Positions 45,126 to 55,823 of a stretch of 64,000 bases of DNA are shown in pieces. Each line of letters starts with the position of its first letter. Position 1 is the first letter of the stretch. The position numbers and the translations under genes were made by a program. The notes beneath the pieces were generated by a model. That model was not told the origin of the DNA, made no database searches, and saw nothing but the letters and a program-made list of their open reading frames with translations. The stretch comes from Limnothrix sp. BL-A-16 (GTDB lineage Bacteria; Cyanobacteriota; Cyanobacteriia; CACIAM-69d). The stretch is from assembly GCA_041937175.2 (NCBI GenBank), contig CP166615.1:320001-384000 (forward strand). Direction: 5' to 3'.

Positions 45126-45686
45126 TTAGGGCGCGGTGGGGGCAAACAGCGAAGGCACGGCCGGCGCGGCAGGCAGTCCCCCCGCCGGCCCCGAAGACGA
45201 AGGCAAGACCGTGGGCGTGGTGGTGTCCAACACTAAGTAGACCGATTCCACTTGGCGGTTGGGCAAGGGCAGCGCGATCGATCGCCCCTCATCGACATAG
45301 TAGGTGACCGTTTCGGCCCGCAGGCTATTGCCGTCTTGCAGCACAAACACATCACCCGACATCACCAAACGGCGTTCGTTGCTGAAATATTGTGCCTGGG
45401 CGGAGGTGGCTTTAAGCATCCGAGCGGGATAGTCCACCTGAACGTTGCCCCGCGCCGTCACAATTCCCGCGATCGAGTTGGCCTCTTGCACGTCGGAAAT
45501 GACCGTCATTGGCTGGCGCACTGGAACCGGCTCCGTGGGGGGCGCTGGCTGGGCGATCGCCTGGGACACCTGCCCAAGTCCTATCGCCGTCGCCATCAGA
45601 CTGGCTCCCATGGCCCGGCGGGCCAGCTTGGCTGCGGCCTTTTGGCTCGATCGAGTTGTGCCCACTGGTTGACCCACCATAGTCAT
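45126..45686 (-). CDS. lptA: LptA/OstA family protein
   Basis: Signal peptide; SDVQEAN..ARGNV..QAQYF..SGDV..GNSLRAE; upstream of lptB. Confidence 0.85.
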   Translation of the reverse strand: MTMVGQPVGTTRSSQKAAAKLARRAMGASLMATAIGLGQVSQAIAQPAPPTEPVPVRQPMTVISDVQEANSIAGIVTARGNVQVDYPARMLKATSAQAQYFSNERRLVMSGDVFVLQDGNSLRAETVTYYVDEGRSIALPLPNRQVESVYLVLDTTTPTVLPSSSGPAGGLPAAPAVPSLFAPTAP

Positions 45687-46221
45687 TGGTTCAAAAACGA
45701 AGGTTTAAAGGCAAAGAAGAGACGGCTAATGCTAAAGATGGCTCACTCAACGATCGCCCAGTAGCCCACGGAGCAACTGATGAGTTCGATGGAGTTCGCT
45801 CGATCGAAGTTTCAGAGCGTTTCAGGGGGCTGCTGCTTCAGTGGTCTATTGAATTTGGCAACAGACCAGAGACAACCCACATTAACCCAAGAGGGGAGAT
45901 CACCCGACGGCGATCGCGCAGCATTGAAGTTCGCAGCGTTGAGATTAATCGAGATCATAGGATCGCCCCAGATAGTTTAGCGAACGCTTGCAACGTCAAC
46001 CGTTCGTCATTGCCCATTTGCCAAACGGTGGTGGCGGCCCATGCCTTAAAGGGTTGTGCTGTCGTTCATTTCGCCCTTGCCTCCCTGCCTCAGAACTCTA
46101 AAGATTCAGAATCGATCGCCCCGGTTCCCACTGAAGGCTGAATACGTCCGGCGATCGTTGTCTGTAGTTTGTCTGTGGTTGTTGCTGGTGGTTCTGGGGA
46201 ATTTGCTGTTGATTACCCTGA

Positions 46222-46352
46222 GAGGGTGTCTAAAAAGTATCTTTTGGCACGGGTCAAGCACCAATAGTTGTGGGGGCAAGGGGCTTAAACCCCTTGTCTA
46301 TGTCGATCACTAGGGCCTACTGAGTAGCAGTTTTGGCTTTTCAAACGGACTC
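46222..46352 (+). mobile_element. Family B MITE-like element
   Basis: TGA|GAGGGTGTCTAAAAAG...CTTTTCAAACGGACTC|TGA; palindrome variant at 46277. Confidence 0.85.
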
Positions 46353-46523
46353 TGACAGATAATCAGTGAATGACCTGAAAATTATCTGCGCGTTATCTAT
46401 GAGTTGTTGTCTACGAATTGCTATTTATAGATTGCAATTTTTAGGTTGTTTTCTGTTATTTTCTGATGATCGTTTTTTAAGTTTTCTAATGGATTTTTCT
46501 AAGTACTAAATAATTGATGATGC

Positions 46524-46787
46524 TTATTGATTTCGCTCCCGTCCCCGATCGATCCGAAATAACCAAACCATCAACGCCACCACACCCGCTTGCAGTGCCA
46601 AATTAGGCAACACGTCCGCCGGGTTTTCGCCTGCTAGCAGTTTCAGCAAAAAAATGAACCCACCCAGCGCTCCCGAAGCAGCAAAAGCACCATAGAACAA
46701 GCGCCGAAGACCTCGATAGGGAGCGGCGGCTTCTGCTCGCAGTCGAGCCATGGTTTCTGCATCTAGTGGGCGAGGACGATTGGCCAT
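46524..46787 (-). CDS. DUF3493 (LPA1-like) two-TM protein
   Basis: RLRAEAAAPYRGLRRLFY..ASG..NLALQ. Confidence 0.82.
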   Translation of the reverse strand: MANRPRPLDAETMARLRAEAAAPYRGLRRLFYGAFAASGALGGFIFLLKLLAGENPADVLPNLALQAGVVALMVWLFRIDRGRERNQ

Positions 46788-47407
46788 GTTGGGGAATTGC
46801 CTGATGAAATTGGTGTCAGCCTGGAGCGTTTGAGCGGCTTTGGGCGGCCATTCGATTATTTTATCACCAGGTCACTCGATCGCCTGATGGAATGGCTTGC
46901 AGGATTGTGTGGGCTAGAAATTTTTCTAATCATTAGCTTGATCTGTTAAGGATCACCTGGTGAAGGATTCTTCATCAAAGTATCTTTTGATCAATCTTGA
47001 TGGTTGCTTTCTTCGATTAACCTCTGAGGCTGATCTTATAGTTGATTCTGTGTTCGATTAATTAAAATCAAACTTGATTAATCATTGACCGATGATCGCG
47101 ATTCCAGGAATTGATCTGGAGTATCTAACTCTATTTTTTGATGCTTAGTTTAAGGCGATCGGGTTAACCCGGTTCTGATGAATTATCTAGGCTGTCATGA
47201 TTTGGTGAATATTGCTCGGTGGCTATAACTCCACGCAAATCATCAGGAACAGGAATGGGTTGACGGGTTCATTCAGCCCAGGACGAAAACAACTAGCTGC
47301 GATCGCGTTGTTGGAGTTTGGCGATCGGCTGAGGTTCAGATGATCCAAAACAGTCATCGCCCAAGATAGCCAGCGCCGTTCAATCCAAGGAATCGGCCAT
47401 CGGTTGT

Positions 47408-47538
47408 GAGGGTATCTGAATAGCCTAGATTTCTACCTTTCGGGTCTTACCAACCGATGAAGACAATGGGCTTAAGCCCCTTGCCCTAACGACGATTAGT
47501 GCTTGATCGGTGTCAAAAAATACTGTTCAGACAGCCTC
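47408..47538 (-). mobile_element. Family B MITE-like element, diverged
   Basis: GAGGGTATCTGAA...TTCAGACAGCCTC, 131 bp; palindrome variant at 47464. Confidence 0.75.
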
Positions 47539-47798
47539 TGACAGCAATTCCAATCCCTTGGCGAAGTTACCTGGAAAAGGCTTTCAGAAAGCACTTCAGT
47601 AAGAATATGCTATGCTTACTGAAACTAATTCTCAAAGATCTAAATACTCCTCAACCTTAAAGCAGTTCGCTTATTGAGAAATCTTTGAGTTAAAACGGTT
47701 TTGGAAACACTTTCACGACTTCGGGTTTGGGCATGGGGCTTGGCATCAGAGGGGCGATTGTGGGCGATCGCGCGGCAACCGGTAAGAGGGAGCGTTCA

Positions 47799-48314
47799 TT
47801 GAAATGGGAACTTAGGGGCGCGATCGGGCGCGGAATGTTGCTCACGGTTTCGATCGCCCTTGGGCTGACCCTGAGCGGTTGCCCCACCCAGCCCACGGCC
47901 CAGCGATCGCCCGGAAACCCCAAGGACTGCCCGAGGTGTGATTTTGCGGGCAAGGATCTGAGCAATCAGGACTTTGCCGGGGCGAACCTGAATGGAGCCA
48001 GCTTTCAAAAGGCCAATTTGACCGGAGCGAACCTGAGCCAGGCCAAGTTGGACGGGGCCAATTTTCAGCAAGCGAATTTAACCGGGGCCGACCTGAGCCA
48101 GGCGGGCATGAACCAGGCCAAGCTGACGGGGGCAAACCTCAGCGAAGCCCGGCTCACCAAAACCTATCTCCGGGGGGCCGACTTGACCCAAGCCAAGCTG
48201 ATGGGGGCTGACTTGAGCGGTGCAGATTTGCTGAACGCCAGCCCCTCCAAGCTTGATCTCAACGGGGTCAAAACCCTGGGCACAACCTTGCCGGATGGGA
48301 GCCAAGGAAAATGA
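47799..48314 (+). CDS. Pentapeptide-repeat lipoprotein
   Basis: LSGC lipobox, CPRC, A(N/D)LxxA repeats; TTG start with AGAGGGAG upstream (inferred). Confidence 0.85.
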   Translation: MKWELRGAIGRGMLLTVSIALGLTLSGCPTQPTAQRSPGNPKDCPRCDFAGKDLSNQDFAGANLNGASFQKANLTGANLSQAKLDGANFQQANLTGADLSQAGMNQAKLTGANLSEARLTKTYLRGADLTQAKLMGADLSGADLLNASPSKLDLNGVKTLGTTLPDGSQGK

Positions 48315-49317
48315 GCAGTAACCTTCCGGTTTCCGATCAGGCCTTGGTGACTGTGCGTTCAGAAGAAGTTCCCAGGACTGCTCGATCGGCGATCGTGGAG
48401 AACCAGGGGCCCGACGCAGGGGCGATCGACCCGATGGAGGAATCCCCGCCTAGCCATTCCCCAACCAGAAACCCATTACCCAGCAGCACATCGCAAAAAA
48501 ACGCACCCCCAAGGCGAGGGCCCGAGTTAGGGGACTGGTCTCCCAGTGCCAAAATCAGCCTTTGGGGGGCCATGGGCCTGGGCGTGGTGGTGTCCGTGGT
48601 GCTCCATGGGGTGGTGTTGTTGCTGCCAATGCCCAAGGAGTCGGACAAGGTGGCTTTGCCCCTGAGCGCCCAAGAGGCCCCCATTCGGGTCACCAATTTG
48701 CCGAAAACCACCCCGGCTCGATCGACCCCTTCCCCCAGCCCCGCGCGATCGACCCCGCCCAACGCCGGGCCGATCGGGCCGCAACCCCAAAACCGAAACC
48801 GAACGTTAATCAGCCCAATCGGGTGGTGGTTCCCAAGCCCCAAACCGCCAAACCATCCCCGGCTCCGTCGGCAGCACCCAGCCCAACCCCTAATCCCACG
48901 CCTAGCCCCACGCCCAGCCCCAGTCCTAGCCCCGAACCTAGCCCCACGCCCCAAGGTTTACCGGCTTTGGCGGGGTTGAATGCTGGCGGGGCCGCTTGTG
49001 CCCCCGATCGCCCCGATGGGTGCTATTCCCTGCCGGAAAATCTCAGTATTCACAGCGTCACACCAGAGGTGATCCAAAATTCCCTGGGACCCGATGTGAC
49101 GGTGGCAGAAATTCCCACCATCTACGAAAACACGGAACAGGCTCGGGAATTTGTGGTGTCGGATCCCCGTCGCGATTCAGCCGATCAAGTGGTGGGCTAT
49201 TACTACGTGATTTCCACTCAGGTTCGCGGTCAGGTGGGGGCCATCGTTGTCGGCAGCCGCGATCGACTGCTATCCCTGGACGCTATCCAAGCGGCGGCAG
49301 GTGCGGAAATTAATTAA
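48311..49317 (+). pseudogene. TonB/TolA-like membrane-anchored Pro-rich protein split by a 1-nt frameshift near 48753-48756
   Basis: Frame 1 gives the TM segment with SxxxH; frame 2 continues PKPKP/PSPTP and a globular C-terminus; one extra C joins them. Confidence 0.7.
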
Positions 49318-49345
49318 AACGAGATGCTTGAAAAGAGACTCCTTA

Positions 49346-49476
49346 GAGGATGTCTGAGAAGTATCTTTCAGTACGGGCTAAAGACTAATTGTCGTAGGAA
49401 CAAGGGGCTTAAGCCCCTTGTCTACATCGATCTCTGGGGCGTACAGCGTAGCAATTTTGGCTTTTCAGACATCCTC
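49346..49476 (+). mobile_element. Family B MITE-like element, best conserved copy
   Basis: TTA|GAGGATGTCTGAGAAG...CTTTTCAGACATCCTC|TTA; 16-bp TIR with one mismatch; perfect palindrome at 49401. Confidence 0.9.
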
Positions 49477-49479
49477 TTA

Positions 49480-49650
49480 GACCTCCTGTCCGAATCAGCT
49501 AACAGCCCTCATCCCCCAACCCCTTCTCCCAAGGAGGGCGAAGGGGAGCCAGAAATAGGAAGTTACGGCAATTTTTTTGTTAGTCGTCAAGTCCCTCTCC
49601 CGACTTGGGAGAGGGATTTAGGGTGAGGGTCTTGATTGATGCAAGAGGTC
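49480..49650. mobile_element. Family C MITE-like element carrying a different REP-like hairpin pair
   Basis: TA|GACCTCCTG...CAAGAGGTC|TA; cargo CCCTCATCCCCCAACCCCTTCTCCC..GGGCGAAGGGG and CCCTCTCCC..GGGAGAGGG..GGGTGAGGG. Confidence 0.75.
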
Positions 49651-49685
49651 TATTGAATAATCCCTATCCATCCAAAATTGCCATG

Positions 49686-49722
49686 AAAAATTCCCAAGTC
49701 GAGATGTAACCTCGCTTGGGAT
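49686..49722 (-). terminator. Probable terminator after futA
   Basis: Minus strand TCCCAAGCGAG-loop-CTCGACTTGGGA then ATTTTT. Confidence 0.6.
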
Positions 49723-49795
49723 AGATGCTTGCTGAACATAGACAGTGAAACACCGTGGGCCGATCGCACAATCAGCCCCCGCTTGCCAATTGGCC

Positions 49796-50854
49796 CTAGC
49801 GCCAACCGGCCCGATCCATCAGTCGGAGGGCGCGATCGTTGTTGCCCCCAAACTCATTGGCACTGGCGCTAGAAGACTTGAACTGTCCAAAGCTAGACAG
49901 GGTGGGATCCAGGGCCACGCCGGACAACACCGGATATTCGTAGCCACTGCGGGCAAAGAGTTCCTGGGCCTTTTGGGTTGCCAAAAAGTCAAGGAACTTC
50001 GCGGCTGCTTCCGGGTTCTTGGCGGTTTTAATCACCCCGCCACCGCTGATGTTGACGTGAGTGCCGCGCCCCTGTTGATTAGGGAAGAACACGCCCACTT
50101 TGGCAGCGATTTCCCGTTCAGCGGCATCTTTGGAATTGACCAAACGGGGCAGGTAATAGGTATTGGCGATCGCGATCGACCCTTGACCCGCTGCACAGGC
50201 CTTGATCTGAGCCGTATCGTTGCCTTCCGGGGGCCGAGCGAAGTTCGCCACCAGGCCGCGCACCCAGGTTTCCGTGGTGGGTTCGCCCAACGCGCCCACC
50301 AGCTCACCGACTAGGGATTGGTTATAGACATGGCTCGAAGTCCGCACCAGAATCTTGCCGCGCCAACGGCTATCGGCCAAAGCTTCGTAGGTGGAGAGGT
50401 CTGCGGGGTTCACCAGGTCTTTGTTGTACATGATCACGCGGGCCCGCTTAGACAGGGCGAACCAGTGACCATTGGGGTGACGCAGGTTGCTGGGAACCGC
50501 CCGATAGAGGTTGGGGGCAGCGCTTTGGGACAGAGGACGGAACAGGCCGGCCTTGTCGGCTAACCAAAGGCGACCGGCATCTACGGTAATCAGAACATCG
50601 GCGGGACTGTTGACCCCTTCCGATTGGATGCGCTCGATTAGGGCATCGGCGCTGCCTTCCACCAGGTTGACTTTGATGCCGGTGGCTTGGGTAAAGGCTT
50701 CATACAGTTGGCGATCGCTGTCGTAGTGGCGACCGGAGTACAGGTTCACTTCCCCTGCACCTTGGGCGTTGGCCCGATTCACGCCGCTCAGGGCCACGGT
50801 GGCTAGGGCTGATCCCCCTGCCAAGAACACCCGCCGAGTCAGTTTACTCGTCAT
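49796..50854 (-). CDS. futA: Fe(III) ABC transporter substrate-binding protein (FutA/IdiA)
   Basis: TRRVFL Tat signal; [48 protein letters not shown]. Confidence 0.93.
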   Translation of the reverse strand: MTSKLTRRVFLAGGSALATVALSGVNRANAQGAGEVNLYSGRHYDSDRQLYEAFTQATGIKVNLVEGSADALIERIQSEGVNSPADVLITVDAGRLWLADKAGLFRPLSQSAAPNLYRAVPSNLRHPNGHWFALSKRARVIMYNKDLVNPADLSTYEALADSRWRGKILVRTSSHVYNQSLVGELVGALGEPTTETWVRGLVANFARPPEGNDTAQIKACAAGQGSIAIANTYYLPRLVNSKDAAEREIAAKVGVFFPNQQGRGTHVNISGGGVIKTAKNPEAAAKFLDFLATQKAQELFARSGYEYPVLSGVALDPTLSSFGQFKSSSASANEFGGNNDRALRLMDRAGWR

Positions 50855-50911
50855 TTTTCGCTCTTAGGAATGCAGTAATTGAATTTTGGGTGGCGAAAGC
50901 AGTATATCAAT

Positions 50912-50930
50912 ATTGAGAAATCTTCTCAAA
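50912..50930. promoter_or_regulatory. Candidate Fur box upstream of futA
   Basis: TTGAGAA-ATC-TTCTCAA inverted repeat about 60 bp upstream of an iron-uptake gene. Confidence 0.65.
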
Positions 50931-51171
50931 ATTCTCTGGAATTTTTCCCAAGGACTCTCCGAATGGCTCGAAAAATCTTGAGGTGGCTTTTGGGACTGTC
51001 CTCGGTGGCGGGCACGGTGTTTGGGGGGAGAGCCAGTGGGGAAGTGGCGGGCGATCGAGCCGGGGCTGCATAAGGAAACGCCCGGCCCATCGAAAAGATG
51101 GCCAGGCGCTTTTAAGGTTTCAAAAGGATCGATCGAAGTTTTGGGGAATGGGTGGAAATGCGCGACCGTCT

Positions 51172-53217
51172 CTAGCCTTTGCCGGTTTGGGCCAAGACCC
51201 GATCGGCGAGTTTGTCGGGCACTTCCTGCAAGTGGTCATGCTGCCAAGAGAAGGTTCCCACGCCCAAGGTGAGCGATCGCAATTCCAAAATCAGGCTCTG
51301 CATTTCCGCATGGGGCAGATAGGCCTGCATGGTGTCCCAGCCGCTCCAGCCGTCCTTGGGCCCGTAGCCCATCAGTTGGCCCCGTCGCCCGGTCACTAAC
51401 TGCATGACCTTGGCGGTGAACTCACTGGGCATGGCAACTTCCACCAGGTCGATCGGCTCCAGCAGCACCGGTTGGGCCGCCGGAATGCCCGTTTTCATGG
51501 CCACGTGGGCCGCCATCTTGAAGGCTTGCTCGGAGCTGTCAACGGAGTGGTAGGAACCGTCGGTGAGGGTCACGGCCACATCAACGATCGGGAAACCCAG
51601 GGGCCCGCGATCGAGCGCTTCCCGCACCCCCGATTCCACACCGGGAATATATTGCTTGGGCACAACACCGCCCACAATCCTTTGTTGGAAGTCGTAGCCT
51701 GCGCCGCGTGGTTGGGGCTGAATGTCCAAATACACATCCCCAAACTGACCATGGCCGCCGGTTTGGTGCTTGTAGCGCCCATGGATCCGGGAAACGGGTT
51801 TGCGAATGGTTTCCTTGTAAGGCACTTGGGGCAGGTGGGGAGCCATGGGCAGGTTGTACTTGCGCCGCAGTCGATCGATGGCGATTTGCAGGTGAATCTC
51901 CCCTTGGCCCCAAAGGATGATTTCGTGGGTGTCGCCATGTTGTTCCCAGCGGACGGCGGGGTCTTCGTCCGTGAGCTTGGCCAGAGCGGCGGTGAGTTTC
52001 ACTTCGTCGCTGCGGTTTTCGGGGACGATCGCCCAAGCAAAAACCGGTGGCGGTAATTCCGCTTTGGGCAACTCATTCCGTCCGATCGCCCGATCGAGCG
52101 CCAGCACCTCTCCGGTGGCCACCCCGTCCAGCCGACCCAGGGCCACAATGTCGCCCACTTCGGCCCGGGTCAGGGATTTTTGTTGGCTGCCCATCAGGCG
52201 ATAGAGGCCACCAATGCGAACACCATTGAGGCTCATGCCATCTTCGATCGCGCCATTCCAGACCCGAGCGATCGATAGCTTGCCCCCTTGGCTGGCATAT
52301 ATGGTTTTCAGCACCTGCACGATCGGGCTGTCGGCATCGGGGGCGATCGCGTCTACCCCGCGCTCAGTGGCCGTCACCGTTGCGTCTGGGGCTTCCCGCA
52401 GCAAGGCATTCAACAGTGGCCGCACGCCCAGGTGCTGTTCCGCCATGCCCACAAACACCGGCACGATCTGATCGGCTCCCAACTCCAGCCTCAGATCCAC
52501 CAAAATTTCTTCTTCGCTGGGTTGAATATCCTCCAGCAATTTTTCCAGCAGCACATCGTCATGGTCGGCCAAGCTTTCCAGCATTTCATGGCGAGCTGCT
52601 TGCTCTTCATCCCGCAAATGTTCGGGCAGCGGCACGGGGTCATCGCCTTCCGCGTCAGGGTGGTAATGATAGGCCGTTTCGCTGACTAAATCGATGTAGC
52701 CGATCGGGCTGTTGCCTTGGCGAATCGGGTATTGGTGCAGCACGATCGGGCGGCTGGAAACGGGCCGCAACACCGACAAAATATCGGCAATGGGACTGGA
52801 TGCCCGATCCATCTTGTTAATGAACAACACATGGGGAATTTTCCAGGTGTCCAAAAACTGAAACAAAGGAGCCAACACAATGGCGCGATCGATCATGGGT
52901 TCGCAAACCACCACGGCCGCATCAACCCCCACCAAAGCGTTGTAGGTTTCTGCGGCCAATTCCACGGAACCGGGGCAATCAATCCAATTAAATTGCACAT
53001 CCTTATAAACGGCACTGGCCACATTTAGCTCCAGCCCCATGCCCCGATCGCGTGCTTCCGGGGAGCCGTCACCCACCGTATTGTTATCTTTAATGCTGCC
53101 CTTGCGCGTGGTTGCGCCCGACAAAAACAAAATACTTTCCAAAAGCGTCGTTTTGCCACTGGAGTAGGGACCCACAATGGCAATATTTCTGATGCGGGGG
53201 GTACGGTCACCTTTCAT
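51172..53217 (-). CDS. Elongation factor G paralogue (divergent EF-G II type)
   Basis: RNIAIVGPYSSGKTT, DCPG, INKMDR, GQGEIHL, KHQTGGHGQFG, GSYHSVDSSE, LLEPI; GGAGG RBS. Confidence 0.92.
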   Translation of the reverse strand: MKGDRTPRIRNIAIVGPYSSGKTTLLESILFLSGATTRKGSIKDNNTVGDGSPEARDRGMGLELNVASAVYKDVQFNWIDCPGSVELAAETYNALVGVDAAVVVCEPMIDRAIVLAPLFQFLDTWKIPHVLFINKMDRASSPIADILSVLRPVSSRPIVLHQYPIRQGNSPIGYIDLVSETAYHYHPDAEGDDPVPLPEHLRDEEQAARHEMLESLADHDDVLLEKLLEDIQPSEEEILVDLRLELGADQIVPVFVGMAEQHLGVRPLLNALLREAPDATVTATERGVDAIAPDADSPIVQVLKTIYASQGGKLSIARVWNGAIEDGMSLNGVRIGGLYRLMGSQQKSLTRAEVGDIVALGRLDGVATGEVLALDRAIGRNELPKAELPPPVFAWAIVPENRSDEVKLTAALAKLTDEDPAVRWEQHGDTHEIILWGQGEIHLQIAIDRLRRKYNLPMAPHLPQVPYKETIRKPVSRIHGRYKHQTGGHGQFGDVYLDIQPQPRGAGYDFQQRIVGGVVPKQYIPGVESGVREALDRGPLGFPIVDVAVTLTDGSYHSVDSSEQAFKMAAHVAMKTGIPAAQPVLLEPIDLVEVAMPSEFTAKVMQLVTGRRGQLMGYGPKDGWSGWDTMQAYLPHAEMQSLILELRSLTLGVGTFSWQHDHLQEVPDKLADRVLAQTGKG

Positions 53218-54076
53218 GAAAACCTCCATGGGAATGAAAATTCCCAGTAAAAAACTGATGTCAGCTCAATGCAAACTGAAGTGATTGCAGGCTCAGAAAA
53301 TAGAACTAGGGAAAACGGGACTAGGGATGAAGTGCTGAGTTGATCAGTGTGGTGTCTGATCAATATCCAACTCAAAATCTTGCAAAATTTGATGAGAAAT
53401 CAGATCAAGACCAAGATCAAACTCATGCCTCAAAGATCCCCGATCCCCAATGAGCAAAAACAAGAGAAAAATGCTCGGCTAATGCTCGGCTAATACTCAG
53501 CCAATGTTCGTTGAATGCTCAGCAAATATTCAATGAACGCCGTAATGGAGCGTTTCCAGGGGCGAGCGTCGTAGGCTCAGTGCTCAAAGCCACTGGATGA
53601 AATTTGCAAAGATGAAATTCGCAAAATTGAGTTGACTAGATTGAACAGATCAACTGAATGGATCAGAGGATTGGCGAGTAGAAATAGTCATGGTGCGATC
53701 GCCCGTTGACAGGGAAAAAAAGGAGCGATCGGGACGGTCTACAAGGAATCTAATTGGGTTCTGATTTGGTTCTGATTTGGCTCTGATTTGATTATGGGTG
53801 CTCGCAGAATTTTTTAGGTCAGTTACTCAATGGTTGTTTATAAATTCGCGCAGTTTAGCAACTGTTTTTGGTTTTTTGTTAGGGATTGTAAATAAAAATC
53901 AACTCGTATTTGAATCGCTGCCGATTCAAGCTAGGTCAATTCCTCTGGTTAAAAATTTACCGATCGATCGGGTGGCGCTTGGGGTTGGGATTTTGATCCA
54001 GCGATCGATCCGCCATCCGCGATCCTCAATTTTGATGACCCAGAAGCCAGCGAGCTTGGCCGCTGGCTCCCGAAAC

Positions 54077-55576
54077 CTATGACATGGCTGGGGTTTCCGG
54101 TTCATGGGACTTGGCTTGCAAAACCGCCAACGCCCATTGCCGGAATTGCAGATAGGTCATCAGTTCGATCGTGCCGGAGAGCAACATTTGCGAGTAGCGA
54201 TCTTCCAACTCCTGCAACCGCTGAACCGCCACCGACAGCGGCATATTCAGCAAGGCTTCGGAATCGTCCAGCAGGTTCACCGTTTCGCTGAGGGTTTGGC
54301 GGTCTTCCTGCTCAATCAGCGCCTGGCAACTTTGGAGATAGAGCTGAACGGGGCGATCGATCTCCTCGTAGGTTTCCGGCGACAGATTGCCATCGATGAA
54401 CATCAACCGATAGCGCTCGGCCAAATCTTGGGCCGCCGCCAGGGCTGCCTTGGTTTTGTTGCCATGAACTTCCTTAATTTCGGTCAAGGCTTGGCGACTG
54501 CTTTTCACCAACTGGCGCGATCGGCGCGATCGCAACCAAGTGACCAACAGCCCCGCCGCACTGCTCAAGCCCAAAACCAGCAAATATTCCTGAACAACCT
54601 GGTTTTCTTCAATGAAGCGTAGCCAGGCCGATCGGGGATCCCCTTTTTCATAGGTTTCTGTCGCGTCCGGAGCCATATAAACCCCACCCCGTTGCAACAG
54701 GCCAGCCGGATCACCATCGGCCAATTCTGGATAAAAGCTGGCATATTGACGCGCCGTGGCCAAAATTGACCAAGCCATTAAGCCCACTTGGTCGGCGGGG
54801 GCATCGCCTCGGGCCATCAAGCCAATGCCCGTGGACAAAACCGGCAAATCCTGGGACGGCTCGGGGCGCAGGGGGTCATAGGTTCCGGCGGGAATCACCG
54901 AAGAGCGATAGGACTCGGGGAAGCGCACCGCCAAGTGATTGGTAATGGAGGGGGGAATTTCCAGCAAACGCAGGGGCGGATCGCTGGTAATGGCATTTTG
55001 AATGATGCTGCTGGATCCCAAGGGGCCCACGTAGGCCACCATGTCCAGCTCTCCGGCCTTCAGTTTGGCCAGGCCTTCCTTCAGGGGAGGTGCGCTGGTG
55101 ATCACTCGCAAACCGCTGCGGGTCAAGATTTGGGTGGTGGTGAAGTTGGTGCCGCTGCCCTGAATCCCGATCGCCACTCGCTTGCCGTTGATGTCGGTCA
55201 GGGTTTTGAAGGGAGAGTCGGCCCGTACCAACAAATGCAGATATTCATGGCCCAAAATGGCGACGGTTTCCACCTGGCCGCTACGCAGCAGATCGCGGGA
55301 AACGTCTAGTTGGGCGAGGGCAAAATCAACCCGACCTTGCACCAGGCGATCGAGGTTATCGCGGGAACCATTGGAATTTTTGTCGTCGGTCAGCTTCAGG
55401 TTCACGATTCGATCGGTCGATCGCCCCAATTGCTCGCTAATGAGGTCATAGCCCACACCGGCCTTGCCCGCAGAAATCGAGACCGTGTTTTTGGACTGGC
55501 CGCAACCGCCAACCCCAATCACCCCCACAATTACCAGCGACACCAAGCCCCAGCCCCGTTGTTTGAGCTTCACCAT
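54077..55576 (-). CDS. TAXI-family solute-binding domain fused to a TM helix and a C-terminal helical domain
   Basis: GSRDNLDRL..VDFALAQLD, EYLHLLVR, GKRVAIG..GSGT, IPAGTY; hydrophobic YLLVLGLSSAAGLLVTWL, then ~150 aa. Confidence 0.8.
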   Translation of the reverse strand: MVKLKQRGWGLVSLVIVGVIGVGGCGQSKNTVSISAGKAGVGYDLISEQLGRSTDRIVNLKLTDDKNSNGSRDNLDRLVQGRVDFALAQLDVSRDLLRSGQVETVAILGHEYLHLLVRADSPFKTLTDINGKRVAIGIQGSGTNFTTTQILTRSGLRVITSAPPLKEGLAKLKAGELDMVAYVGPLGSSSIIQNAITSDPPLRLLEIPPSITNHLAVRFPESYRSSVIPAGTYDPLRPEPSQDLPVLSTGIGLMARGDAPADQVGLMAWSILATARQYASFYPELADGDPAGLLQRGGVYMAPDATETYEKGDPRSAWLRFIEENQVVQEYLLVLGLSSAAGLLVTWLRSRRSRQLVKSSRQALTEIKEVHGNKTKAALAAAQDLAERYRLMFIDGNLSPETYEEIDRPVQLYLQSCQALIEQEDRQTLSETVNLLDDSEALLNMPLSVAVQRLQELEDRYSQMLLSGTIELMTYLQFRQWALAVLQAKSHEPETPAMS

Positions 55577-55823
55577 CAAAAATCCCCCGGAAAATTCCCA
55601 AAATACTAAACCATGCATCCCAAAAATGCGTTTAACCCATGTATCTCAATAGTTCGATCTAAAAATATTCAATCAAAATACAAACAAAAAGCGGGGCCGT
55701 TCTGAGTTATGTCATGAATAGGATCACGACTTCAGATCAACAACCCCGTTGTTTGAATGTTGTTTTTTGGCTGTATCTAGAGAAATCAATCGTTGTTTGA
55801 ATTCAGCCAGTCCAGTTCAAGCG

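Noticed and set aside
45686..46200. 151-aa plus-strand ORF and small minus-strand ORFs upstream of lptA
   Set aside because: No recognisable motif and no convincing start; coding status cannot be supported.
49324..49626. Short ORFs containing KGLKPL/RGLSPL (also 1520-2011, 18206-18572, 39087-39272, 41329-41699, 46056-46313, 59294-59503, 60898-61086)
   Set aside because: They are read-throughs of the repeat elements, or antisense to real genes, with no protein-family signal.
53536..53585. Riboswitch (e.g. glnA type) upstream of the EF-G paralogue
   Set aside because: I could not match the conserved core of any known family by eye; an Rfam/Infernal scan would be needed.
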